Source of the DNA: an uncultured Gemmatimonadales bacterium
Lineage (GTDB): Bacteria; Gemmatimonadota; Gemmatimonadetes; Longimicrobiales; RSA9
DNA length: 64,000 nt
Direction: 5' to 3'
Assembly: GCA_963708135.1 (NCBI GenBank)
Contig: OY970192.1
Span: forward strand, 1,472,001-1,536,000
The notes under the pieces were generated by a model. The model was not told where the DNA came from and made no database searches. It saw only the letters and a program-made list of their open reading frames with translations. The position numbers and the translations under genes are program-made. Shown in pieces: positions 50,965 through 60,399 of this stretch (positions are counted from its first letter, which is position 1; each line of letters begins with the position of its first letter).

Positions 50965-51444
50965 CTAGCGCGGCACGGTGTAGAAGAGGCCGAAGATGAC
51001 GCCGTAGGCGATGTGCGCGGCGAGCGTGAGGAGCGGCGTGCGGCGGCCGTAGTGGAGGGCGAGGAAGCCCGGCGGCTGGAGCTGCCGCGTGGGCGTGGGC
51101 CCCTGGCGCTCGTCGGCCATGCGCGGGTGGATGCCCGGCAGCAGGGGGAGCGCGGCCACCAGGATGAAGAGGCCGTGGGCGGTGCCGATGATGCCGCCGA
51201 TCCACCACGTCGCATGCCCCAGCGCGTCGAACACGATGGCGTAGAAGAACGCGACGATGAGGCCGTTCAGGAAATGGAGCACCGAGCCGTAGATGAGGGC
51301 GCGGTCCCGGTCGGGCGTGATCATGGTGCCGAGCAGGAAGGGGATGCTCATGCGCGTGAGGCCCATGGTCTGGCTGCCGGTCATGAGGCCGGTCAGCGCC
51401 ACGGTGGCGACGAAGCCCCAGAGGAGCACGCTCGGTACGTTCAT
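50965..51444 (-). CDS. Conserved hypothetical membrane protein
   Basis: ~4 hydrophobic helices, TRMSIPFLLGT, HPRMA..., AHIAYG; ATGA overlap with the GH15 gene. Confidence 0.75.
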   Translation of the reverse strand: MNVPSVLLWGFVATVALTGLMTGSQTMGLTRMSIPFLLGTMITPDRDRALIYGSVLHFLNGLIVAFFYAIVFDALGHATWWIGGIIGTAHGLFILVAALPLLPGIHPRMADERQGPTPTRQLQPPGFLALHYGRRTPLLTLAAHIAYGVIFGLFYTVPR

Positions 51445-53309
51445 ACGGGCTCCTTCGCGCCCCTGCGCGTCTCCAGCTCGCCGGGCGGCTCGTGCTGGCC
51501 GCGCCGGGCGGCGATGGTCAGGGCCGCGCTGATGAGGCCGATGTGGGTGAAGGCCTGCGGGAAGTTGCCGATCGCCGCACCGCTGTGCGGGTCGATCTCC
51601 TCGGCGAAGAGGCCGACGTCGTTGGCGAAGCCGAGCAGGTGGCGGAAGTCGTGCTCCGCGCCGTCCAGGTCCCCCGCGTTGGCCTTGAACTCGACGGACC
51701 AGAAGCCGCACACGCCGAAGGCGTTCTCGCCCTCGGGAAGGCCGTCGTCCAGGCGGGCGTAGCGGAAGAGCAGCCCGTTGCTGCCGAGGTGGCTCCAGAT
51801 GGTGCGGAAGGTGGACTGCATGCGGGGGGAGACGGCATCCTCGAAGCCGAACTGCGCGAGCTGGAGCGAGCTCGCGTCGATGCCCCCCTCGCCGAACGTG
51901 GCGGTGTAGGAGCCGAGCCGCTCGTCCCAGCCGCGCTCCTCGATGGCGCTGCGGATCTCGTCGCGGACGCGCCGGAAGTGATCGACCGGGATATCGAGGT
52001 GCCGTCTCTCGTGGAGCTGGATGAGCCGGTCAACCGCGACCCAGCACATCATCTTCGAGTAGGTGTGGTGGCGTGCCGGCGCGCGCGTCTCCCAGATCCC
52101 CTGGTCCTTCTTCTTCCAGTCCTCGCAGACCGTCTTGCCGAGACCGACGAGCACCCGCTCGGTGGCGCTGTCGATGCGGCCGCCGTGGTCCACGAAGCGG
52201 AACGCGGCATCGATCACCTCGCCGTAGACGTCCAGCTGCAGCTGGCTGGCGGCGCCGTTGCCGATGCGGACCGGCTTGCTGCCGGCGTAGCCCTGCAGGT
52301 GGGGGAGCGACTCCTCGTCGAGGTTGGTGTTGCCGTAGACGTCGTAGAGGACCTGCAGCCTCGGGAAGGTCAGGCGCGTGCTGTGGAGCAGCCAGGAGAG
52401 GAAGGCGGCGCCCTCGGTCGCGTAGCCGAGCTCGAAGAGCGCCCGCATGGTGAGCGAGGCGTCGCGCAGCCAGCAGTAGCGGTAGTCCCAGTTGCGCATG
52501 CCGCCGATCTTCTCGGGCAGCGAGGTGGTGGGCGCGGCGATGATTGCGCCGGACGGAGCGTAAGTCAGGAGCTTGAGCGCGAGCGCGCTGCGCACGACGG
52601 CGTCGCGGAACGGGCCGTTGTAGCGGCAGTAGGCCGCCCACCTGCGCCACCACTGGATGGAGCGGTCGATGCGCTGCGCAGCCTCGGCGCCCAGCCTGGG
52701 CAGAATGCCCGGCACGCCGTGGTCGTAGGCGAGCGAGATGAAGCGACGCTGCCCGGCGGCGAGCGTCGCCCGGCCGACCGCGCCGCGCCCCTCCGGCTCG
52801 AGCTCGAGCGGGATCTCGCTGCGCAGCGCGAGCAGGTGCGGACCGTGCTCGTAGAGAAACCCGAGCTTGCCGCGGTGCACCAGGTGCGGCATGACGCGGG
52901 CGTAATCGGGCCGGGGATCGCAGGCCACCTCGATCTCCACCTCGCCCTCAACGCACTCGACCAGGCGCAGCACTTCGTGGTCCGGCCACAGGGCGCGGTT
53001 CTTCTCGTCCTCGTCCGCCACCGGCATGACGTCCACCAGCCGGACGCGCCCGCCCTCCGTGAGGAAGGTCGTCTCGAGGACGTTCGTGTCCTCGAGGTAG
53101 CGGCGGGAGCTGCGGAACGGCGTGGTAGGCGCGACGGTGAGCGCCCCGCCCTTCTCGCGGTCGAGGATGGAGGCGAACACGGACGGGCTGTCGAAGCGCG
53201 GCAGGCACAGCCACTCGAGCGCGCCGGCCTTCGAGATCAGGGCCGCCGTGCGGCAGTTGCCGATCAGCGCGTAGTCCCCGATCGCGGGGTAGCCACCCTC
53301 CTCGCTCAC
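51441..53309 (-). CDS. Glycoside hydrolase family 15 (trehalase/glucoamylase-like)
   Basis: IGDYALIGNCRTAAL, AAPTTSLPE, RNWDYRYCWLRD, QLDVYGE, GNFPQAFTH. Confidence 0.93.
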   Translation of the reverse strand: MSEEGGYPAIGDYALIGNCRTAALISKAGALEWLCLPRFDSPSVFASILDREKGGALTVAPTTPFRSSRRYLEDTNVLETTFLTEGGRVRLVDVMPVADEDEKNRALWPDHEVLRLVECVEGEVEIEVACDPRPDYARVMPHLVHRGKLGFLYEHGPHLLALRSEIPLELEPEGRGAVGRATLAAGQRRFISLAYDHGVPGILPRLGAEAAQRIDRSIQWWRRWAAYCRYNGPFRDAVVRSALALKLLTYAPSGAIIAAPTTSLPEKIGGMRNWDYRYCWLRDASLTMRALFELGYATEGAAFLSWLLHSTRLTFPRLQVLYDVYGNTNLDEESLPHLQGYAGSKPVRIGNGAASQLQLDVYGEVIDAAFRFVDHGGRIDSATERVLVGLGKTVCEDWKKKDQGIWETRAPARHHTYSKMMCWVAVDRLIQLHERRHLDIPVDHFRRVRDEIRSAIEERGWDERLGSYTATFGEGGIDASSLQLAQFGFEDAVSPRMQSTFRTIWSHLGSNGLLFRYARLDDGLPEGENAFGVCGFWSVEFKANAGDLDGAEHDFRHLLGFANDVGLFAEEIDPHSGAAIGNFPQAFTHIGLISAALTIAARRGQHEPPGELETRRGAKEPV

Positions 53310-54299
53310 GCCGCCTTCCAGATCGCCGCGGCCGCCACGGCCGCGAGCCCCGCCCCCGCCAGCGCGATCAGGCCGCGGTGCTCATCCGCCCACAGCTCCG
53401 CGCTGTGGCGGCTCGCCCGGCCGTCGAACGCGCCGTGCGCACCGAAGTCGCCAGGGACAGGCTCCCACAGGTTGTCCGGCCGATCGGGATCCACCGGCTC
53501 GTCCGTCTGCTGCGAGCTGTAGCCGTGCTCCGCCAGATAGCGGTCCGCGTACCACGAGGCGACGCGGTTGCCGTAAACGGTCTTCACCGTCGGCCCGCCC
53601 ACGAGCAGCTGACGTCGCCGGTTGTGCGCGGCGTAGTCGATCGCCTCCGCCGCCACCTCCGGCTGGAAGATCGGCGGCACCGGCTGCGGCTTCTTCGGCA
53701 GCCGCGTCTTCACCCAGTCGAACTGCGGCGTGTTCAGCGCCGGCATGTGCACGATCGAGACGAACACGTTGCTGCCGTCGTGCATGAGCTCCGTGCGCAG
53801 CGACTCCGTGAACCCCTGGATCGCGTGCTTGGCCCCGCAGTATGCCGACTGCAGCGGAATCCCCCGGAATGCCAGCGCGGACCCGACCTGCACGATCGTG
53901 CCGCGGTCCCTCTCCAGCATGCGGCGCAGCGCCGCGAGCGTGCCGTGCACCACGCCCAGATACGTGACCTCCGTCACGCGCCGGTACTCCTCCGCCTTCA
54001 TCTGCTTCACGGGCGAGAACACCGACGTCATGGCGTTGTTCACCCAGAATGTCGATCGCGCCGAACCGTTCCTCGACCGCCGCCGCCGCCCGCTCCACCG
54101 CGTCCGCGTCCGCCACGTCCGTCGGCAGCTCGATCGCCTCCCCGCCCAGCGACTCGACGTCCCGCCGCGTGGCCCGCAGGCCGTCCGTCCCGCGCGCCAC
54201 CAGGCCCAGCTTCGCGCCCTGCCGCGCGAAGCGCCGGACCGTCGCGCGCCCCACTCCCGCCGTCGCCCCCGTCACCACAATGACTTCACGCTTCTCCAT
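53306..54299 (-). pseudogene. SDR oxidoreductase with a 1-bp frameshift at ~54048 (pseudogene or sequencing error)
   Basis: N-half (VVTGATAGVG...GAIDI) is in one frame; VNNA...YCGAK and a C-terminal TM are in another. - strand reads ATTCTGGGTGAAC where ATCTGGGTGAAC (I-W-V-N) is expected. Confidence 0.85.
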
Positions 54300-57294
54300 T
54301 GCCGCGTCTCCCTTCCCCTTCGAGTCCGATCGCCATCACTTCCGCCGTGTGCAGCGCGCGCCGGCCCGTGCCGTGCCGGATCTGCTCCCGGCAACTGAAG
54401 CCGTCCGCCACCACCACCACGTCATCCGCCAGCGCGCGCACGGCCGGCAGGAGCACCTGCTCGCCGATCCGCATGGAGACCTCGTAGTGCTCCCGCTGGA
54501 AGCCGAACGACCCCGCCAGCCCACAGCACCCCGAGTCGAGTACCTCGCACGCCACGCCGAGCGCCGAAAGCGCCCGCTCGGCGGGGCCCATGCCGACCAG
54601 TGCCTTCTCGTGGCAATGTCCGTGCACGACCGCCCTGACCTCGACCCGGGGCAGGCGCGACAGATCGGCCGAGCGGGCCAGAAACTCGCCGAACCCGAAG
54701 GTCTGGTCCGCCAGCCGGCGAGCCAGCGGATCGGCCGGAAAGAGCGCCGGAAGCTCGTCCCGGAACACGGCCACGCAGCTCGGCTCGAGGCCGACCACCG
54801 GGATGCCGGCCTCGATGTCCGGGGCGAGCGCCTCGAGGATCTCGCGGAGCAGCGCGCGGGCGGTGTCCAGCATGCCGGCGTCGTAGAGCGGTCGGCCGCA
54901 GCAGAGCGGGCGTGCGGGGATGCGGATGTCGAATCCCGCGGCCTCCAGCACGCGGACGGCGGCGCGGGCGGGGCCGGGGGTGAGATGGTCGTTGAAGGTG
55001 TCGGGCCAGAGGAGGACGGCGGGCCGCTCGCCGGCGGCGGCGCGAGTGGCTGCCGTGCCCGGCGCCCGGCCGTGCTGCGGCGCCCGGCCGCCGCGGTTCG
55101 TCTGCGTCCTCGCCTCGAACCAGCTCCGGAACGTGCGGGTGGCGAACCGGGGCAGCTCGCGCTCGGGCGCGAAGCCGCCGAGGCGCCTGGCCAGGATCGA
55201 GAACGGCGGCGTGTGGCCGAGGGCGTTGGCCAGTCGGGGCGCGTGGGAGGCGAGGCGCGCCCAGCGGTGGAAGAGCCCCGTCGCCAGCATGTGCATCGGG
55301 CGGCGCCGGCCCTCGTAGTAGTGGGCCAGGAACTCGGCCTTGTAGGTGGCCATGTCCACGCTGACGGGGCAGTCCCGCTTGCAGCCCTTGCAGGCGAGGC
55401 AGAGGTCGAGGGCCTCGCGGACGGCCTCGTTCCGCCAGACGCCTTCGAGCGGATCCCCTTCGAGCATCTCGAACAGGAGCCGGGCGCGGCCGCGCGTGGA
55501 GTGCTTCTCCTCGAGAGTGGCGCGGTAGCTCGGGCACATGGTGCCGCCGCTGGCGCGGCGGCATGCGCCGACGCCGACGCAGCGGAGCGTGGCGCGCGCG
55601 AAGCTGCCCTCGTCCTCCGGAAAGGCGAAGTGCGTGTGAACGGGGAGCGGATCGTAGTCTGTGCCGAGGCGCAGGTCGGCGGTGATCGGGTAGGGATCGA
55701 CGACCTTGCCCGGGTTCATCCTGCCCTGGGGGTCCCAGATCGCCTTGAACTCGCGGAACGCCTCGACGAGCTCGGGGCCGAACATCTTCGGCAGCAGCTC
55801 GCCGCGGGCCTGGCCGTCGCCGTGCTCGCCGGAGAGCGAGCCGCCGTAGCGGAGCACGAGATCGGCGGCCTCACCCACGAAGCGGCGGAACGTGGTGATC
55901 CCGTCGGCGCTCACGAGGTCGAAGGAGATGCGGCTGTGGATGCAGCCGTGGCCGAAGTGGCCGTAGAGCGTGCCGCGATAGCCGTAGTGCTCGAGCAGCG
56001 CGCGGAAGTCGCGCAGGTAGGCCCCGAGCTGGTCGGGACGGACGGCGGCATCCTCCCAGCCCTCCCACTGGTCGGGCTGGCCCGGCACGGCGGTGCCGGC
56101 GGCGAGGGCGGCCTCGCGGACGGCCCAGACCTGGCGCGCCTCGGCCGCATCGCAGAGCCGGGCCGCGGGCCCGCTCCCCTTTCCGGCCACGCCGTCGATC
56201 AGCCGCCGGGCCCGGTCCAGCGCTTCGGCCTCACTTTCGCCGGCGAGCTCGACGAGCAGCCAGCCGCGGCCCTCCGGCAGCAGGGGCAGCTTGTCGAGGT
56301 GCAGCCCCTTCCTTCGCATGTCGTCCACGAGCAGCCCATCGAAGCCCTCGAGGCCGACGGGCCCGTACGCCATCACCTCCGGCACCGCCTCGCCCGCTGA
56401 GAAGACGGTGTCATAGCCGAGCACGACGAGGGTGCGGAACGGCGGCGAGTGGACCAGGCGGAGCATCGCCTCGAGCACGGTCACGCAGGTGGACTCCGTG
56501 CCGACGAGCGCGCGTGCCACGTTGAAGCCGCTCTCGGGGAGCAGCTGCGGCAGGTTGAAGCCAGAGACGCGGCGGGGGATGTCGGGGTAGCGGGCGCGGA
56601 TCAGGTCGGCATAGCGGTCGCGCAGCGCGCGCAGCCGTGCGTAGATGTCGCCTCGCCGGCCGCCCGCCGCGATGATGCGCTCGAGCTCGTCGTCCGGCGT
56701 CCGGCCGACCGTGAGGCGGAGGCCATCGTAGGTGAGGATGTCGAGCGCCTCGACGTTGTCCTCTGTCTTCCCGGCCATGATCGAGTGCACGCCGCACGAG
56801 TTGTTGCCGATCATGCCGCCCAGCGTGCAGCGGCTGTGGGTGGCGGGATCGGGGCCGAAGGTGAGGTGGTGGGCCTCGGCCGCAGCGCGCAGCTCGTCCA
56901 GCACGATGCCGGGCTGGACGCGGGCCAGGCGGCGCTCCGGGTCGAGAAGTGCGATGCCACGCATGTACTTCGAGAAGTCGAGCACCACCGCCACGTTGCA
57001 GCACTGGCCGGCCAGGCTGGTGCCGCCGCCGCGGGAGAGGAGCGGCGCGCCGTGCTCGCGGCACGCGGAGACGGCGGCGATCACGTCTTCGGCGTCACGC
57101 GGCACCACGACGCCGATCGGCAGCTGGCGGTAGTTGGAGGCGTCGGTCGAGTAGAGCGCGCGGCTGCCCGCGTCGAATCGCACCTCGCCGCGGACGCGCT
57201 CGTGAAGCGCGCGGGCGAGGGCTTCCGCGTCCACCTCGGCGGCAGCGGTCGCGGTACGCGGCGTCCCCCGTCGGATCGGTGCGGTCTCGGGCAT
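54286..57294 (-). CDS. FAD-linked oxidase fused to 4Fe-4S/CCG domains (YdiJ/GlcD-GlcF-like)
   Basis: RGGGTSLAGQ, GGMIGNNSCG, SGEHGDG, CVGVGACR, CLACKGCKRDCP, two CCG motifs; 1002 aa. Confidence 0.92.
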   Translation of the reverse strand: MPETAPIRRGTPRTATAAAEVDAEALARALHERVRGEVRFDAGSRALYSTDASNYRQLPIGVVVPRDAEDVIAAVSACREHGAPLLSRGGGTSLAGQCCNVAVVLDFSKYMRGIALLDPERRLARVQPGIVLDELRAAAEAHHLTFGPDPATHSRCTLGGMIGNNSCGVHSIMAGKTEDNVEALDILTYDGLRLTVGRTPDDELERIIAAGGRRGDIYARLRALRDRYADLIRARYPDIPRRVSGFNLPQLLPESGFNVARALVGTESTCVTVLEAMLRLVHSPPFRTLVVLGYDTVFSAGEAVPEVMAYGPVGLEGFDGLLVDDMRRKGLHLDKLPLLPEGRGWLLVELAGESEAEALDRARRLIDGVAGKGSGPAARLCDAAEARQVWAVREAALAAGTAVPGQPDQWEGWEDAAVRPDQLGAYLRDFRALLEHYGYRGTLYGHFGHGCIHSRISFDLVSADGITTFRRFVGEAADLVLRYGGSLSGEHGDGQARGELLPKMFGPELVEAFREFKAIWDPQGRMNPGKVVDPYPITADLRLGTDYDPLPVHTHFAFPEDEGSFARATLRCVGVGACRRASGGTMCPSYRATLEEKHSTRGRARLLFEMLEGDPLEGVWRNEAVREALDLCLACKGCKRDCPVSVDMATYKAEFLAHYYEGRRRPMHMLATGLFHRWARLASHAPRLANALGHTPPFSILARRLGGFAPERELPRFATRTFRSWFEARTQTNRGGRAPQHGRAPGTAATRAAAGERPAVLLWPDTFNDHLTPGPARAAVRVLEAAGFDIRIPARPLCCGRPLYDAGMLDTARALLREILEALAPDIEAGIPVVGLEPSCVAVFRDELPALFPADPLARRLADQTFGFGEFLARSADLSRLPRVEVRAVVHGHCHEKALVGMGPAERALSALGVACEVLDSGCCGLAGSFGFQREHYEVSMRIGEQVLLPAVRALADDVVVVADGFSCREQIRHGTGRRALHTAEVMAIGLEGEGRRGNGEA

Positions 57295-57304
57295 GGTCCC
57301 CCGG

Positions 57305-58426
57305 TCAGGTCACGGCGTAGCGCGCGGCATCGGCGCGGCGCAGCTCCAGGCCGAGCCCCGGCCGGCCGAGGTCGGGCACGAGCGCGCCGTCGCGCGCCAC
57401 GAGGGCGCCGTCGAAGAGCATGGATTCGATGCGTACGTGGTCGAAGAAGTATTCTACGTTGAGCGCCTCGGGGGCGACACAGCAGAGGTGACCGTGCAGC
57501 GAGGGCGCGGTGTGGGCCGAGAGCGGCAGCGCGCGCGCGGCGCAGAGCGGCGCCACGCGCAGGAAGCCGGTCGCGCCGCCGCAGCGGGTGGCATCGGCCT
57601 GCAGCACATCCACGGCCTCCGCCTCGAGCATGCGCCGGAAGTAGAAGATGTCGTAGCCGTACTCGCCCGCGGCGATCCTCATGCCCGCGGGGCCCCGGTC
57701 GCGCAGCAGGCGGAGCCCCGCGAGATCGTCGGAGGAGACGGGCTCCTCCAGCCAGCTGACGTCCTGCTCGGCGAAGCGCTCCGCCATGAGGAGCGCCTCT
57801 TTGCGCGACCACGCGCCGTTGGCGTCCGTGTAGAGCTCGACGCCGGCGCCGACGGCCTCGCGGGCCACGCGCACGCGGTGCGGGTCGCGCTCGGGCTCGC
57901 GGCCGACCTTCATCTTCACCGCGCCGATCCCCTCCTCCGCCCAGCCGCCGAGCTGCTCGCGCAGCTGCGCGTCCGTGTAGGAGGTGAAGCCGCCGCTGCC
58001 GTAGACGGGGATCCTTTCGCGCGCGCGCCCGAGCAGGGTGACGAGGGGCAGGTCGAGGAGGCGGGCCTTGAGGTCCCAGAGCGCGAAGTCCACCGCGGCC
58101 ATGGCGCTCGAGACCAGGCCGGGCCGGCCAATGTTCCTGATCTCGTGCCACATGCGGTGGAACGCCGCGGGCACGTCCATGGCATCGAGCCCCGTCACGA
58201 CGCCCGCCAGCTTGGCGGAGATCAGGCTGGCGGCGGCCGCGTGGGTGTAGCTGTAGCCCAGTCCGGTCCTGCCGCCCGCGTGCGCCTCAACGAGCACCAT
58301 GGTGGTCGAGTCCCACTCCAGGGTGCCGTCGGATTCCGGGGTGGCCGTCGGGATGGTGTAGGCGGAGACGTCGAGAGACTCGATGGCGACGTCGGGCCCG
58401 CCGCCACCCGCGCCCGCCTCACTCAT
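57305..58426 (-). CDS. Mandelate racemase/muconate lactonizing enzyme (enolase superfamily) protein
   Basis: ALWDLKAR, YGSGG, KMKVG, DAN, EEP, AGEY, PGLG. Confidence 0.9.
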   Translation of the reverse strand: MSEAGAGGGGPDVAIESLDVSAYTIPTATPESDGTLEWDSTTMVLVEAHAGGRTGLGYSYTHAAAASLISAKLAGVVTGLDAMDVPAAFHRMWHEIRNIGRPGLVSSAMAAVDFALWDLKARLLDLPLVTLLGRARERIPVYGSGGFTSYTDAQLREQLGGWAEEGIGAVKMKVGREPERDPHRVRVAREAVGAGVELYTDANGAWSRKEALLMAERFAEQDVSWLEEPVSSDDLAGLRLLRDRGPAGMRIAAGEYGYDIFYFRRMLEAEAVDVLQADATRCGGATGFLRVAPLCAARALPLSAHTAPSLHGHLCCVAPEALNVEYFFDHVRIESMLFDGALVARDGALVPDLGRPGLGLELRRADAARYAVT

Positions 58427-58799
58427 CGCTCGAATACGCGATCGTCGTGAGCAGCGCGTTCTTCTCCTGCCGCGAGTCGAGGCGAGTATGCTGCACGACG
58501 ATCGGCACGTCCGACTCGATGACGCTCGAGTAGTCCGTGCCACGCGGGATCTCCGGGTCCTCCAGTTCATTGAAGCGCAGGTGCTTCGTGCGCCGCGGCG
58601 GCACCGTCACGCGGTACGGCCCGGCGGGTTCCCGGTCGGAGAAGTAGATGGTGATCTCGACGTGGGCCTCCTCGTCCGCCGCGTTGAGCAGGCACGCCGT
58701 CTCGTGGCTGGTGAACTCCGGCTCGGGGCCGTTGCTCCACGAGGGGATATAGCCCTCGGCGATGGCCCAGCGCTTCCGTCCGATCGGGGATCGTGTCAT
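58419..58799 (-). CDS. Sensory rhodopsin transducer (ASRT) family protein
   Basis: IGRKRWAIAEGYIP, SHETACLLN, FSDREP, ESDVPIVVQHTRLDSRQ. Confidence 0.88.
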   Translation of the reverse strand: MTRSPIGRKRWAIAEGYIPSWSNGPEPEFTSHETACLLNAADEEAHVEITIYFSDREPAGPYRVTVPPRRTKHLRFNELEDPEIPRGTDYSSVIESDVPIVVQHTRLDSRQEKNALLTTIAYSSDE

Positions 58800-58877
58800 G
58801 TTGCGCTCCCGCGCGTCCGCCCGCGCATGAACGCGCCATTAGGGACTCGGGTGGTGCGCGGGCGAGGGTGGAGCGTC

Positions 58878-58893
58878 GCACCGGACGTGCCAG
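58878..58893 (-). promoter_or_regulatory. Sigma54-type promoter for the ASRT-enolase-oxidase-SDR-GH15 operon
   Basis: - strand CTGGCACG-TCCG-GTGC (GG-N10-GC), ~80 bp upstream of the ASRT start. Confidence 0.6.
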
Positions 58894-58953
58894 CGAAGCG
58901 CCCTGGCACGTGCCCGGCGGGGCTCTCGTGCCAACCGGAAGGGGAGAGGTCCA

Positions 58954-59631
58954 TTGGCAAGGAAGAAAGAGCGGCCCACGCGGAAGACCGACGCCGGGCC
59001 GACGGCGGCGCCCTGCTGGCGCGGCGCAGGCGACGACGCCCCCTACGTCCCCGGGCAGCCGGAGACCGTGCCGCGCTTCGATTCGCTCGCCGCGCTGTTC
59101 GACGCCATGGCGTGCTGCACGCGCTGCCCGCTGGCCGAGGGACGGACGCAGACGGTGCCCGGCGTGGGGCCGGCGGATGCGCGCGTGATGTTCGTGGGCG
59201 AGGCGCCCGGCGCGCGGGAGGACCGGATGGGCCGGCCGTTCGTGGGCGCCGCGGGGAAGCTATTCGACACGCTGCTCGAGGGGGTCGGGCTCGAGCGCGA
59301 CGCGGTCTTCATCACCAACATCGTCGCCTGCCGGCCGCCGGGGAACCGCAATCCCCGCGCCCGCGAGGTGCGCGCCCACGCGCCCTGGCTCGAGGAGCAG
59401 CTCCGGCTGCTGGCGCCGCGCCTGCTCGTGACCCTGGGCCGGATCGCGCTGACCTACTTCGTGCCCGGCGCGAAGGTCACCGAGCTGCGCGGCGAGCCGC
59501 AGCACCTGGAGCCCGACGGGCGCGCGCTGCCGCTCCTCCCGCTGCTCCACCCGGCCGCCGTGCTGCGGAACCGGCGCGAGATGCTCCCCGCCATGCAGGC
59601 CGACTTCGCCCGGATCCTCGAGCTGCTCTGA
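58954..59631 (+). CDS. udg: Uracil-DNA glycosylase, family 4
   Basis: CTRCPL, VGEAPG..ED..GRPFVGAAG, TNIVACRPPGNR, HPAAVLR. Confidence 0.9.
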   Translation: MARKKERPTRKTDAGPTAAPCWRGAGDDAPYVPGQPETVPRFDSLAALFDAMACCTRCPLAEGRTQTVPGVGPADARVMFVGEAPGAREDRMGRPFVGAAGKLFDTLLEGVGLERDAVFITNIVACRPPGNRNPRAREVRAHAPWLEEQLRLLAPRLLVTLGRIALTYFVPGAKVTELRGEPQHLEPDGRALPLLPLLHPAAVLRNRREMLPAMQADFARILELL

Positions 59632-59922
59632 GGCCGCCGTTCCCTGCGGCCGGGGTTGCAACACCCCCGCCGTCTCATGAAACACCCGCGCGTACGCCGA
59701 GCCGTGCCCCGGCCGGCTGAAACGCCGCGGCGCGGCGCGGATTCCCTCCTCTCCACGCTCCGGCACCACGCCCGGACCGCCGCTTGCCCCGCCGCAGCAC
59801 GTCCGCACGGGTTCGCGCACCGGCCGTCCTCAGCCGGCGGTGCGCGCGTCCGCCCCCCTGCGCCGGCCGGACGCTCGACGATCCGTGCCCGCGGAGTCTT
59901 TACCGTCACGGGAGGAAGAGAG

Positions 59923-60306
59923 ATGAAGGCGAGAGCATTGCTGGTGCTGATTCCTGCCGCGCTGCTGCTCGGCTGCGCCCCCGACCAGTCCGGTCCGGTG
60001 GCGCCGCTGGCCAACACCCCGGTGCAATTCACGAGGAACCCGCCGATCGGGCGCGGCCACGGGGCCCTGGGTGTGGTGTACGTCAGCAGCCAGGGGCTCT
60101 ACTACGACACGTTCGTCGCCGTCCAGTCACTGCCGATGGAAGGCCGGTTCCAGCTGCTCGACAACGGCGTGACCGAGTTCGGCCCGGGCGAGCCGGGGTA
60201 CCTGGCCGGTCGCTGGTGGGAGGATGTGAACGGCGACGGGATCCAGGATTCCGGTGACAATTTCCTGCTCTGTCCTCTCCTGCCACCGGGCCGCCCCACC
60301 CCCTGA
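59923..60306 (+). CDS. Small lipoprotein with a DxNxDG Ca-binding-like loop
   Basis: SD GGGAGG; lipobox LLGC; EFGPGEPGYLAGRWWEDVNGDG. Confidence 0.75.
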   Translation: MKARALLVLIPAALLLGCAPDQSGPVAPLANTPVQFTRNPPIGRGHGALGVVYVSSQGLYYDTFVAVQSLPMEGRFQLLDNGVTEFGPGEPGYLAGRWWEDVNGDGIQDSGDNFLLCPLLPPGRPTP

Positions 60307-60314
60307 TGCGAAAG

Positions 60315-60344
60315 CCCGCGCCGGCCCGATCGGGCCGGCGCGGG
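60315..60344. terminator. Perfect 30-bp palindrome between convergent genes (probable terminator)
   Basis: CCCGCGCCGGCCC-GATC-GGGCCGGCGCGGG; followed by CTTT on the - strand. Confidence 0.7.
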
Positions 60345-60399
60345 GGTCTCGTCGCGCCGCTCCGTCGCGGGCGCCGCAGCCGCGGCGCCCGCGCGCGTT

